From assembly GCA_002269645.1 (NCBI GenBank), contig NIVC01001183.1:62001-126000 (forward strand): DNA of 64,000 nt, written 5' to 3'. The notes below the pieces were generated by a model. It was not told the origin of the DNA and did no database searches. It saw only the letters and a list, made by a program, of their open reading frames with translations. The DNA comes from Macrostomum lignano. Its lineage: Eukaryota. Position numbers and translations under genes: made by a program. Below, one piece after another: positions 26,800-38,948 of this stretch (positions are counted from its first letter, which is position 1; each line of letters opens with the position of its first letter).

Positions 26800-27255
26800 C
26801 CCAAAATACCCCATGAAGGGTAACCGCAAATTCCTCACAATGGCCTATGAAGAATCTCAGAAAACTCCCCAAAAAACCATGAAGAGTAAAAGCAAATTCT
26901 CCAAAATGCCCCATGAAGGATCTCAGAAACTTCCCCAAAATACCCCATGAAGGATCTCAGAAACTTCCTCAAAATACCCCATGAAGGATCTCAGAAGTTT
27001 CCCTAAAATACCCCATGAATGATCTCAGAAACTTCCCCAAAATACCCCATGAAGGATCTCAGAAAATTCCTCAAAATACCACATGAAGAATTTCAGCAAA
27101 TTCCAAAAAATACCCCATGAATGATCTCAGTAAATTTCACAAAATACCCCATGAAGGATCTCAGCAAAATTCCCCAAAATACCCCGTGAAGGATCTCAGC
27201 AAATTCACTAAAATACCCCATGAAGGATCTCAGCAAATTCCAGAAAGTTCCCCAC
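26800..27255. repeat. 34-bp degenerate minisatellite (CCCATGAAGGATCTCAGAAACTTCCCCAAAATAC)
   Basis: Period 34 at 26911, 26945 and 26979. Confidence 0.92.
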
Positions 27256-28131
27256 GAAGGATGTCACCCTACTCTAACTGCCTCATTTTCAAAAGACAAA
27301 GTTCCAACAAGCAAAAGACCCTAACAGGGCTACAAGTACACATAACTAAAGTTCCACAGCCCGAGAAAAAGGATCAGCCTGAAGTCGGCAGACCGATCGC
27401 AGTTCGGATCAGTCATTTGCTTTATAGCTCTGCTCTGCCCCCATTCTAGAGTGATGCTCGGGATCTCCAACCCGCCCCCCAGCTTGCCCTTATAATTGAA
27501 CACGATGGAGCAGGCACTCTGGCTCAATCAATGACCCGCAGCAGCTGCCCTCCGTTCTCATCCTCCTTGGTGCATCTGAAATATCAGCAGCAACAATTTG
27601 ATCAGAATGCGTTTGTATTTCTTTGCCCAGCAGAATTTGTGCTAATTATTGGATACAATTATTGGAACAAGTTTACAAAGCAGCTTAGTAATAGAGAAAC
27701 TGAAGCCAGTTTCAGGCAGAGAATATAATTAGTATTTTACAGCAGGACATTAAAGAAAGTTTAAATAATAGTGGCTTTATTTACTCTGCCAAAATGGGGA
27801 AGTAAGTCTTATAACATTGCAAAAGAAATGCAATTTCTGCTACTAGCAGATGCACACAGAAAAACTGAGTACCCCCGGTTTCGAACAACTTCAGGGCGCG
27901 GTGTGGCTTAAAAAATTTAGAGGGGGGGGGGAAACGACAAGGGAGCAAAACTCGGGGGGGTCCAACAACACGCTAACAAGCGCGGCTTTTGATGGGAGGA
28001 GGAAGTATCCCCTAGGGGGGCGGTGGGCAAAAGGGAAGCCGAGCCGAGTGGAATCGAACTGCCGTTTCGCTCGCAAATTGGACCAAAAGTTCCCGCAGAT
28101 GTTCGACTCTCGCTTCCGCCATGCAAACGGG

Positions 28132-28340
28132 TGTCCACCCGCTCTTAGACAGGTCATGCTAACCCGTTTTTAGACAGGTCATGTCATGTCCACCCGCTCT
28201 TAGACAGGTCATGTCATGTCCACCCGCTCTTAGACAGGTCATGTCATGTCCACCCGCTCTTAGACAGGTCATGTCATGTCCACCCGCTCTTAGACAGGTC
28301 ATGTTGAGTCCACCCGCTCTTAGACAGGTCAAGTTGAGTC
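28132..28340. repeat. 30-bp minisatellite (TAGACAGGTCATGTCATGTCCACCCGCTCT)
   Basis: About 7 copies, ~34 bp after the LRR gene stop. Confidence 0.95.
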
Positions 28341-28373
28341 CACCTGCTCTTAGACAGGTCGCGCTGGCGACTG

Positions 28374-30977
28374 TCAGACGTCCGTTTCCACGCCACCAAC
28401 AGCTCCGCTTCCGCAGTCGCCACCGATGCAGGTGTACTTTGCGCACGGCGGAATAGCGATCAGACTGCCGCCACCTGTCGATGGTAGCGGGGGCAGCGGC
28501 GGCGCCGTTGTTAACCTGGGCGGCGGCAGCGGAGGCGGCGGCGGCTGCTGCAGAGACTGAAGACTGCGCCGTTGATGCTGCTGCTGCTGCTGGCATCGCC
28601 TGCGTCTCCGCTTTCGATGCCGTCGGCTATCGCAGGAGGCCAGCGATCGCTGCCGCTGCTCCTGGTGCAGCTGCGTTGTCTCCTGCATGCTGATTCCGCC
28701 GCTGCCGCCATCGTTGGCACCGCAAGACGCGTCGCTGCTGTCGATGTCGTCGCTGCTGCAGCTGCCGCTGTGCGAAGTCTTCATAGCCGAGCGGCTGTTC
28801 CGAGCAAACCGATCGAAGTCCACGTAGCGCGGAATGTCGTAGGGCGACCCGGCGGAGGGCACCAGGTCCGGCGGGATGCCTACTCGGAGGGGAGGCGGCA
28901 CGAAGTCTGGCCGGTGCTGCAGCAGCCGCTGCAGAGTCTGGTCCCGGCACTGCTGGCATTTGGCGCCGCCGGCCGATGAGGCGCACAGGACGCCGACTAG
29001 AGGCGACGCGGCCGAGGCGGCTGTTGAAGAAGCCGCGATGTCGGCAGCCGCCTGTGCAGCGGCCGACGATTCCAGCGCTCGGTGCCGACCGGCCACGACG
29101 GCTGCTGGTGGACGCTGGCGCCGACGCCTTCTAGCCAGGTTGGTGAGCACGACAACCAGAGTGATGAGGAACAGAACTGCCACCAGGGCTCCGGACACGA
29201 TGCCGACTCCGATCACAACAGACTGGTTGACCACGTGGCGCTCGCGGTACACCACTGAGGTGGAGTTGTACCTGGCCGGGCAGTACCTGTGTCGGTACTC
29301 CAGCAAAGAGCGCATCCGCTCGCCAGTCTCGCTGTCGCACTGCACGTCCCGATAGTTGGCCAGCGCGGCGCGGACCTGGCTCCACTTAGCCGGCTGAAAC
29401 AGGCCGCAGGAGCACACGAAGCCCTGGCCGGTGAACAGCAGGCGTGGCCGGCTGCGCTGAGCAGTGAGGTTGAGCAGCGAGTCTGGCAGGTCCCGCATGG
29501 GATTGCCGGTGATGTTCAGCCAGCGCAGAGCGGTGAAGCGAGCCAGGGGGGAGAAATCTGTGTCAGCTGTCAAAGCGTTGTAGCTCAGATCCAGGCCTTG
29601 CACGAGCGGCGCCAAGGACGCGGCCTCGTCGCTGACTTCGCTGAGGTCGGCGATCGAGTTTCTTGTCAGCCGCAACTCGTACAGGCTGCCGTGCACGCTG
29701 ACCGGCAGCAGCTGCGGCAACTTGGTGAGGCCGGCGCCTTCGCAGTCGACTGTGAGTCCGGGAGGTCGCACGGTCTCCAGACAGGAGCAGCCAATCGGAC
29801 AAGCGGCCGCGTGCCGGCAGACCAAGTCGGTCTCATTCAGGCTCAGGACGGTTCGCCAGGCGGGCTGCCCGAAGCAGGGCAGGCTGGTCCAGTAGTCCAG
29901 GGACAGCGCGTTTCTCTTGGAGAACTCCCGCGGGTCGGAGTACACCGCGCGGAGGAAGCGCCACGCGTGCTGTAGCCGGCAGTCGCAGGCCACAGTGCTG
30001 CCAGAGTTGTCAATGTCCACAAACGACTGGAAGGCGTCGCGAAATCGCTTCAGCTGGTTGACAACTGCGTCAGCCTGTCGCTTGGCCGGGCCAATGTCGG
30101 GCATGGGGAGGCCCCAGAGCCGGTTGGGGCCGAAGGCTTCAGGCCCGAACTGGTTGTGTAGCAGCAGCACGGACAGGCGCACATAGTAGCTCGCGTCCTC
30201 CAGCCGCCTTCTGTCGCGTTGGCGCTCAATGGCTCGGACATCGGAGGTCGTCCACACCCAGTTGAGCCGGTTGGTGACCTCGGCCAGGCGGTTGCCACTC
30301 AGGTTCACATCTTGCAGGCTGACCAGCCGCACCAGCGACATGTCCACCCGCTTCAGGCCGCTGCTGGCGACGTTCAGCTTCTTCAAACGGAACTGGCGCT
30401 CCGGCATGAGCCGGCTGATGAAGAGCCACTCCAGGCCAACATTTTCGGACACGTCCAGCTGCTCCAGGCTGGGGAATCGTTCCAGGTAGTTGGCCAGGTC
30501 AAGCTGATTGAGCTTGTTAGCGCGCAGGCTTAGCCAACGCAGCTGACTCAGCTGGCAGGAGTCCGCAGTCCGCGGCTCGGAGGTCGCGCCGTCAGCGATG
30601 CTGTTGTCAGACAGGTCCAGCTCTGTCAGGCTGGGAAACAGCCGACAGAGGTCGGTCAGCGGCAGGGCAGTCAGGCCAGCTCGGGTCAGGCTGAAGCGGC
30701 CCACCTGGGCTGGCGAAGACAGACCGGCTGGCAGGTCGCAGCTGCTGGCTGATGTCACCGATTTTGGCGGTGTCGGCGAAGGCGGCAGCCAGCAGCGATG
30801 CACTGACACAGCCGCGAAGCGGGCGGAGGAGGCGCCGACGGCAGGCAATCTAGGCTGAGCATCGGAGACAACCACATCCTGACAGTGACGCCAGGCGCAG
30901 CTGGAAGCGTCTAGACATTCAACAATTCCGCTACCGATGGCATGCAGCAGCAACTGCAGCAACAGAAACCGCCGCAT
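28374..30977 (-). CDS. Intronless LRR type I membrane receptor, 867 aa, Toll-like (multi-cysteine-cluster) ectodomain without TIR
   Basis: Signal peptide; LRRs (LTELDLSDNSI, LRWLSLRANKL, LEQLDVSEN, LQDVNLSGNRL); internal LRRCT (ACDC...LPC...LVC) directly followed by LRRNT (CPIGCSC...VDC); three more LRRs; FVCSC LRRCT; TM segment VVIGVGIVSGALVAVLFLITLVVVL; low-complexity tail. Confidence 0.9.
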   Translation of the reverse strand: MRRFLLLQLLLHAIGSGIVECLDASSCAWRHCQDVVVSDAQPRLPAVGASSARFAAVSVHRCWLPPSPTPPKSVTSASSCDLPAGLSSPAQVGRFSLTRAGLTALPLTDLCRLFPSLTELDLSDNSIADGATSEPRTADSCQLSQLRWLSLRANKLNQLDLANYLERFPSLEQLDVSENVGLEWLFISRLMPERQFRLKKLNVASSGLKRVDMSLVRLVSLQDVNLSGNRLAEVTNRLNWVWTTSDVRAIERQRDRRRLEDASYYVRLSVLLLHNQFGPEAFGPNRLWGLPMPDIGPAKRQADAVVNQLKRFRDAFQSFVDIDNSGSTVACDCRLQHAWRFLRAVYSDPREFSKRNALSLDYWTSLPCFGQPAWRTVLSLNETDLVCRHAAACPIGCSCLETVRPPGLTVDCEGAGLTKLPQLLPVSVHGSLYELRLTRNSIADLSEVSDEAASLAPLVQGLDLSYNALTADTDFSPLARFTALRWLNITGNPMRDLPDSLLNLTAQRSRPRLLFTGQGFVCSCGLFQPAKWSQVRAALANYRDVQCDSETGERMRSLLEYRHRYCPARYNSTSVVYRERHVVNQSVVIGVGIVSGALVAVLFLITLVVVLTNLARRRRRQRPPAAVVAGRHRALESSAAAQAAADIAASSTAASAASPLVGVLCASSAGGAKCQQCRDQTLQRLLQHRPDFVPPPLRVGIPPDLVPSAGSPYDIPRYVDFDRFARNSRSAMKTSHSGSCSSDDIDSSDASCGANDGGSGGISMQETTQLHQEQRQRSLASCDSRRHRKRRRRRCQQQQQHQRRSLQSLQQPPPPPLPPPRLTTAPPLPPLPSTGGGSLIAIPPCAKYTCIGGDCGSGAVGGVETDV

Positions 30978-32084
30978 CTTCTGCAGCTCAGCGTGGGCAA
31001 CTGCCCTCCAACTCTGCCCTCTAGAGGGAGGTCGGATAGACTTACTAAAAAGGGAAGGCTTGAAAAAACCGAGTCAGGAAAACAAAAGAGCCGGCCAGGG
31101 AATCGGCGCCGGAAGAGAAATTGAAAGCGGCGGTGAAAAAAGGGGAATTACGAAGAGCTTTCTCCTCGTTCAATCCTTTGCCTTTTTAGGCAGGCGAGCT
31201 GGTCTAAAAATTTCTTTTCTACAACTGCTCGGCGTGTGTTTCCTTCTTGCTTTTGCGATTTCGTATACCAGAGGCCCCCTCCCTCTCCCTCTCGCTCCAG
31301 CTCTGGTTGGCTGGTTCCCGCTGTCTCTGGGAGACGCAATAGGCTCCTGAGAAGAGACAGACAGAACAGACCTACAGCTTATCTTGCAGGCAATGCTTGC
31401 TAGCTGGCCTTCCTTCATATAAATAGAGAGTACTGCGCACCTCTGGCGCCTCAGCCGCCTGAGCATACACCAGTTAGAAAAGGCTCGAATTTGGCCCAAG
31501 AGCGAGGCACATATATTGTCTAAAATAGCTGGGCCATAAAATCATGGGGGGGTCGGTTCTGAGCACAGATAGGAATGTCATTGTGCTGTTCTGTACACTC
31601 TGAAAGATTGAATTTGCATTTGTACTAGCATAGTAGAGTCGAATTAACCGCCCCCCTGCGAGCTATCAGAGATCTGTCAATCAATTTAATTCAAACTTTG
31701 ACCCTGACCACAGAATTTGTATTGCAAATTAGGACTTAATAAGAATGTTAAAGGCAGCCGGTTGTCATGTCTTATTGACTATCGGGTCCCGGGCAGACAC
31801 CTCAGCAACAGGCCCCTCTCTATCTGCACTTTAATTCAAGCCCAACGCGGATTCGATCTGCTCGTCACTCCAAGGCCAGGATGGCTGAGCAGCAGTCTCC
31901 AAGTCGCACAAGTGGCATGGGAAGGCAAGGACTTTACAAAAAAAATATATATAAGCTGACACAGACAAAAGTGCTGCCACTTCGGTACTCCTATCAATGC
32001 GATCTGTTAGCGTCCTGGCCGGCAAATTACCATCCAGCAGCTGTACAAAAGCATATGTAGCTCGCCAATGTTATGTGAGACAGA

Positions 32085-32582
32085 GAGAGAGGGGGGGTGA
32101 GAAAGAGAGAGGGGAGGGAGGGAGAGAGAGAGAGGCGGAGGGAGAGAGAGAGGGGAGGGAGAGAGGGGAGAGGGGAGAGAGGGGGAGGGAGAGAGGGGAG
32201 AGGGAGAGAGAGGGGGAGGGAGAGAGGGGAGAGGGAGAGAGAGGGGAGGGAGAGAGAGGGGGAGGGAGAGAGGGGAGAGGGAGGGAGAGAGAGGGGGAGG
32301 GAGAGAGAGGGGGAGGGAGAGAGGGGAGAGGGAGGGAGAGAGAGGGGGAGGGAGAGAGAGGGGAGGGAGAGAGAGGGGGAGGGAGAGAGAGGGGGAGGGA
32401 GAGAGGGAGAGGGAGAGAGAGGGGGGAGAGAGAGGGGGAGGGAGAGAGGGGAGAGGGAGGGAGAGAGAGGGGGAGGGAGAGAGAGGGGGAGGGAGAGAGG
32501 GGAGAGGGAGATAGAGGGGGAGGGAGATAGAGGGGAAGGGAGAGATGGGAGAGGGAGAGAGGGGGAGAGAGAGGGGGGAGAG
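32085..32582. repeat. GA-rich low-complexity array
   Basis: GGGAGAGAGAGGGGA iterations. Confidence 0.95.
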
Positions 32583-32929
32583 GTAAAGAACCGAAAAAAC
32601 CACACGAGTCAAACAGCAAGCCGGCACTCGGCAAATTATTGACAGCCACACCCCGAACAGTATTTCTGAAGTGTTGGCAACCAACTTGCTCCATTAGGGA
32701 TGGTAATAAAAAACTTTTGTAGTACATTTTGTTATCTATTCACCGACAAAAAACTCGACCCACATTCCCAAATGGGAGGGTTCTAAAAGCATTAGCGAAT
32801 GCCAGACGCACGCATCTGTTGAAAATACGAGTCGCCGTTACGAGAAGCAGTCAAAAATACAATAAACCTGATTGATACCTTCCTTCAGAAGACGCTCCAA
32901 TATAGTCAATTAAATTCCTCATAAAGCCT

Positions 32930-33325
32930 CAATTACATTTCTCATGAAGCCTCAGATGCCTTCTTCATGAAAACCTCAGTTACATTCCTCATGAAGCTTC
33001 AAGCACATTCCTCATGAAGCCTCAAATACATTCCTCGTGAAGCCTTGAGTACATTCCTCATGAAGCCTCAATTACATTCCTCATGATGTCTCACTTACAT
33101 TTCTTCATGAAGCCTCAATTACATTCCTCACAAAGTCACAATTACATTCCTCATGAAGCCTCAATTACATTCCTTTTGAAGCCTCAATTATATTCCTCAT
33201 GATGTCTCACTTACATTTCTCATAAAGCCTCAATTACATTTCTCATGAAGCCTCAATTACATTCCTCATAAAGCCTCAAATGCCTTCCCCATGAAGCCGC
33301 AATTACATTCCTCATGAAGCCTCAC
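32930..33325. repeat. 23-bp degenerate minisatellite (ATTACATTCCTCATGAAGCCTCA)
   Basis: About 17 copies. Confidence 0.92.
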
Positions 33326-33774
33326 AAAATGGGAATTACATTTCGAAGATAATCGTGCAACCCAAGCGCGATGAAAGGAACAATTCTGTAAAAAGGAACC
33401 GTGGATAATTTCACGAATTCCAAAACTGAAATTCGCTTCCGCACCGAGGCTCGGGAGTCGAATATCGAATCAGTTTAATCGCCAGCCAGAACCCCCTCGA
33501 GCAAGCTTCAGCCAGCTAATTGAGCTGATAGAGACCCAATCAATTAATTTCCGCAGACAAGGCACCACCGGTGCTAAATTAATGTTCAATTTTGAGCAGT
33601 TGGAAGGGGTCACAACTATTATTTTTACTAGGAATATCGAAAAAAATGCGTTTTAGATTCCATTGCTATGTCATTTGCTATCCTCTGAATAAAATAGTCT
33701 TAATTCTGTTATTTTAGAGATACTCATGTTACAGAATCATTCTAAAAGACAGTGTCACATTTATGAGTGCTCAG

Positions 33775-34068
33775 TGACACATTACACTGGATTGTAACAC
33801 ATTGCACTGGTTTGTAACACATTCCACTGGTTTGTAACACATTACACTGGTTTGTAACACATTACACTGGTTTGTAACACATTCCACTGGTTTGTAACAC
33901 ATTACACTGGTTTGTAACACATTACACTGGTTTGTAACACATTACACTGGTTTGTAACACATTAAACTGGTTTGTAGCACATTACACTGGATTTTAACAC
34001 ATTACACTGGTTTGTAGCACATTACACTGGTTTTTAGCAGATTACACTGGACTGTGACACATTACACT
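33775..34068. repeat. 20-bp minisatellite (ACACATTACACTGGTTTGTA)
   Basis: About 14 copies. Confidence 0.95.
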
Positions 34069-35169
34069 TCTCTAGGGTCTGTTACCAATGTTTGGCACAC
34101 AGCCTGATCTGTCTGTGACATCTAAAACAGTGCACTGGTATTTATTGATGTACACCATCGAGAATGGCGTAACACAGGAAAGCACTTGCTTTGTGGACTA
34201 TTCCCAGTCTGAAATGACACAATTCTCTGCGACACAAACCAACCCCCCAATTCCCATTCTCGCCGCAGTTCTCCCAATTTTATTCGGGGGGGGACAAAAT
34301 CTGAACAAACGATCGATTACGTCGCTAAGGATGGCAACGAATCCCAATTTTGGGATTTCGCTGGCCAGACCTTTATCCGGCGGCACCATCACTTTGACAT
34401 GAATGAAAGGATTCTGGAGTCCAGTCTGCGGAGAGCAGAAAGAGAAGGGTAAAAAAATTAATTTCCAAGGAAACCCAAAACCACTTAACGTTTTTTCTCC
34501 CTCCGGTCCCCCCCGCGCACTCGCTCCGTATAAGTGTTTGCGACAGGTGGGGACCTCAAAAGCTCCGCTGGGTCACTCCGGCAACAAGACGGGAGAAAAA
34601 GTAAAATACTCGTATAAGAAAACTTATATTAAAAAGGCTGGATGGGAGAAGTTTTGGCCAGTCGATCAATGCATCAGCGCCCCGCTGGCTGCCCGCCTCC
34701 CCGGCACACTCCCGCTCTCTCTCTCTCTCTCTCCTTCTCTCTCTCTTAAGTCTTGCTGGAGAGAAACTGCCAGATCTGGATGGACGCCGCCGAGAGAAGG
34801 CATGGAGTTAAATAGGCAATTCGACTCTCTGGGTAGCAACAGGGTAAAAACGTTAGGAAACTCTCGTTCAGACACCGCGAGTGCCAGTCACTTTCTCAAT
34901 TGTCACTCGGGTCTAAGTTTGAGATATTTTTTTGAGTAGCAAAAGTTATCACCGTTGGTTTTTTCCATGATGATTGAAGCTTGCTCTGGTCTGGGGAGCC
35001 GCTGAGTTCAACTTTGTTCCCAGATAAATATGCAAATTAATATCTTGTGTGTCTGCCTGCCGGTCTGTCTGTTTCAGTGAGGGTCTGTCTGTCTCTTTGG
35101 TAGTGTCTTTCTACCTAATAAGTGTCTCTAGGCCTTAGTTTTTTTCTGTCTGTGCGTCCGTCCATCTGT

Positions 35170-35560
<391 letters not shown>

Positions 35561-36200
35561 GGTGTCTGGCTGTCAGTCCGCCCAGCTCACTCTGAATCCC
35601 AGCTCAGCTGCAGTCCCCGCCCATCCCCTCACACCCATGCCGTTCTGCAGCAGGCCGGCAGCCGAGTGCTTAATTGAAAGCTCTTGTTTCTGGGATTAAA
35701 ACAGCCAGCTCGCACCCGCCCCATCCCCAGAGTCGCCAGCAGCCGATCCCCGTTCTCCCCTTGCCAGACGAATCCGCCGCGAGACACTGATCCCGAAAAA
35801 AAATTTCTCAAGCGTGGAATTCCTCATGACATTCGGGCTGGCGACTTGCGAATGGCCAATCCGGCATGTCATCCGGGGCTCTCATCGACTGACGTGGAAA
35901 CCGGACACCCGGGTCACCCCGTGCTCGGTCACCTATGCCCATTGCTGATGAAAAAAAAATTCACTCAAATGATCTTCGCTTTGGAAATGCTGCAGCTAAT
36001 CGAGAATTAATCAGTTGCAAACTTTTCTCTAATTGATTTTGCTTTTATAGATAAATTCTTTTGCGCCTACTTTCTAGTAGTATGAAGCGATATTACTCTT
36101 ATTGCAATAATTATAATTAATAAAGTATTGCAGAATTAACGTCGTAAATACGCTTCGTTTCAAGTAGATAATATAAAGCAGGCACACAAAATTCAAGAAC

Positions 36201-36777
36201 CCGGTCTGAATTTTTGTTACGCACCTTCTCAAACAAGAATCAAGTCGCCAGCTTTGCGGACGGTCGAGATAGTCAAGGATTCTTCCAGAAGGTCGGATTT
36301 TTCCCATAAACGCCAGTGTATTCAGTGCGACCTCTGTGCGCCAATCAGCACTGCGCCTCAGTGCAGCCTTGCCAAGCTTCCAAATTTCATCAGCGCATCG
36401 ATCACGTGTGTCAGCATCAGCTCGAACCCAGGCGGAGCTTCTGGACATTCAACAGGTGTCACCAAGTGACTATGGGCACCCTGTTGAGAATTTCTCTGTT
36501 GTCACTGATCAAGTGGGCAAAACCTCAACTGCTGGGCATCCCCAGCTGGTCTCGCGAGCATTCCGTGATCACCGCGACGCTGTCGGCGCCTTCAAAAGAT
36601 GAACACCAGGAGACTATGGCCAGTGACCAACGAAGTCAGACCTGATGCAGTGGTTGGTTGCAGACACGCGGTTGGAAAAATCCGACCTTCTGACAGAACC
36701 ATTGAATATCTCGCCGGTCCGGAGGGCTGGCGACTTGATTCTTGTTTGAGAAGGTGCGCAACAAAAAGTCAGCCTGG
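36201..36777. mobile_element. Fold-back / MITE-like element with ~104-bp inverted arms
   Basis: 36201-36304 is about 80% identical to the reverse complement of 36674-36777, including a perfect 32-bp core GCACCTTCTCAAACAAGAATCAAGTCGCCAGC. No clear TSD. Confidence 0.7.
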
Positions 36778-37505
36778 AGGAATCCCCCTTGGTAGTTCTA
36801 CTGCGAAGAAGCCTCCTCGTAATTTCTTAGTTTCCTACGAGTAGCTGTTATTTACTTCATAGCAATTAAATTTACTAATTGCTTCCTTTCGTATCTAGGG
36901 CTCGCCCACGTCAATAACAGTGTTCACACACTACGAAGTACGAGTATATCATGCGTAGACCGCGTGCAACTCAATGCACTAGCGTAGTGGCACTCCGTGC
37001 ATCAAACATGTTGTGCATCCATATAAATGCACAACGCGTACACGCCGTAGACGCTGGAAACGCCTATTACATGTACGCGCTTAAACCCTCACTCTCGCTC
37101 CCATCCAACCCCCGGCCTCACTCTCCACCCCCACCCCCGCCAGTCTGCAGACTGCAGTAACCCAACTTGGACCCGCCCCGGCTGTTGGGCAAGCAGGCAA
37201 GGGACAAAAATAGCTCCCTGACGTGCGCTGCCTGCCTGCTTTCTTTTCTGCCCTTCCTGCCCAGCTCTCTCCTCCCCTCTCTCTACCCCCCTCCCCCTCC
37301 TCCTTGTTCGGCACACTTCTCTTTTATAGATATATTCCCCAGACATGTAGAATAAATTTTGCTTGGCTAGCAGCCGAGGACACGACGAGGTAATAACCGT
37401 CTGACCTTCCTACGATCCCCGACAGACGACCTTCCGTCACTTCGCAGCCCGAGAGGACTTCACTATTCACAACAATGCGACGTGCTAAAGACTCAGTTTG
37501 AACCG

Positions 37506-38445
37506 ATGGGCCACCTGCTAAGCTGTCACCGACTGCGCGGCGGCGATACTCAGCGGAATCGAAGATTTTCTATTCATTCGAATAACGGCAATGGCGTTGC
37601 CAAGGTAACCAAGTGGTTTAATCTCTGTTACACAATGTCACACAGTCAGCTAAGAATGATAAAATGCGAGCTAGATTCATAAAAACCCATGAGCCGAGCC
37701 CTAACATAAAACTAATGAGGACATGTACAATTTGTAAAATTTGAAAGGCCAAATCCAAAGATGAACATCGGGTATGCCTCCTGTCGAATGCAATTTTAAG
37801 TGTAATTTTTGTGCTGAAAAAATGAAAACTTCCTATCTCCGTAGTGTATTTTTTTCGAAAAAACCTGCCTCCTAAACTTTTCCAAGAAACGAGGTTCCCG
37901 TCCTTCTACTTAAGTAGTCCTTGGCCTGACAATAAGAAAGTCAGAACCACTGTAGTACACCCTGTATGAGCGTGTGTACAATCCACCTGCAAATATTTAT
38001 TGTTTACGTCAAGGTGACCGCGTCAGCTGATGCCGCCGCTGGCGTATCGAAGGACGCGGACAGCTACGCGGAGAAAGCCAAGATCGACAGCGAAGAGCTC
38101 GTGCTGCGCTACCTTCACCTGATGAACGACGACAAGGCCGGTCGTCGCCGGGACGCCTCCTGTCGGGTGAGCTTCCGAGCCGAGAGCTTCGACTCGCAGT
38201 CGTCTACAAAGTCAGAACGGTGCCAGTTTGTCATCGACCTGGTGGACAACCTGCCGGAGACCTTCATTGACGACGACCTGCCACCGGCCAGCATTCGCGG
38301 CCGGCTCACCAGCTGGAGCTCCGAGTCCGACAACGAAGATTTTGTGGCTGAGGACGATGCAGTCTTTTTTGTTGAGAACAGAGGCTCGGAGGGGAGAATG
38401 AAGAGCGAGGCGCTTGTCACGGCGCATGAGATCGCCGCCCTGTAG
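37506..38445 (+). CDS. Gene C: orphan ~176-aa protein with a putative N-myristoylation signal, 2 exons (37506-37604, 38014-38445)
   Basis: MGHLLSC...GVAK|VTASADAAAG...SFRAESFDSQSS...EIAAL*. Donor AAG|GTAACC and acceptor TGTTTACGTCAAG| are phase 0. Exon 2 is GC-rich and open only in this frame. The AAG acceptor is weaker than usual. Confidence 0.55.
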
Positions 38446-38514
38446 AGGTGAGCTGCGGAGGGGGGCGTTGCACTTTTATCAAGTTTCACAAACCCCAGCC
38501 TTTGGTGTACGATT

Positions 38515-38948
38515 GATTGTGAAGCTTGAGGATTGTGAAGCTTGGGCATTGTAAACCTGGGAGATTGTGAAGCTTGGGCATTGTGAAGCTTAAGGAATGT
38601 GAATCTTGGGGATTGTGAAGCTTTGGGATTGTGAAGCTTGGGCATTGTAAACCTGGGAGATTGTGAAGCTTGGGGATTGTGAAGTTTGGGCATTGTGAAG
38701 CTTAAGGAATGTGAATCTTGGGGATCGTGAAGCTTGATGATTGTGAAGTTTGGGCATTGTGAAGCTTAAGGAATGTGAATCTTGGGGATCGTGAAGCTTG
38801 GGGATTGAGAAGCTTGGGCATTGTGAAGCTTAAGGAATGTGAATCTTGGGGATTATGAAGCTTGGAGATTGTGAAGCTTGAAGATTGTGAAGCCTGGGGA
38901 TTGTGAAGCTTGGGGATTGTGAAGCTTGAAGATTGTGAAACTTGGAGA
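38515..38948. repeat. ~17-bp degenerate minisatellite (GATTGTGAAGCTTGGGG)
   Basis: Starts ~70 bp after the gene C stop. Confidence 0.93.

Noticed and set aside
34088-34939. ORFs 34088-34402 and 34403-34939
   Set aside because: No domain, non-coding-like composition with homopolymer runs, no convincing splice structure.
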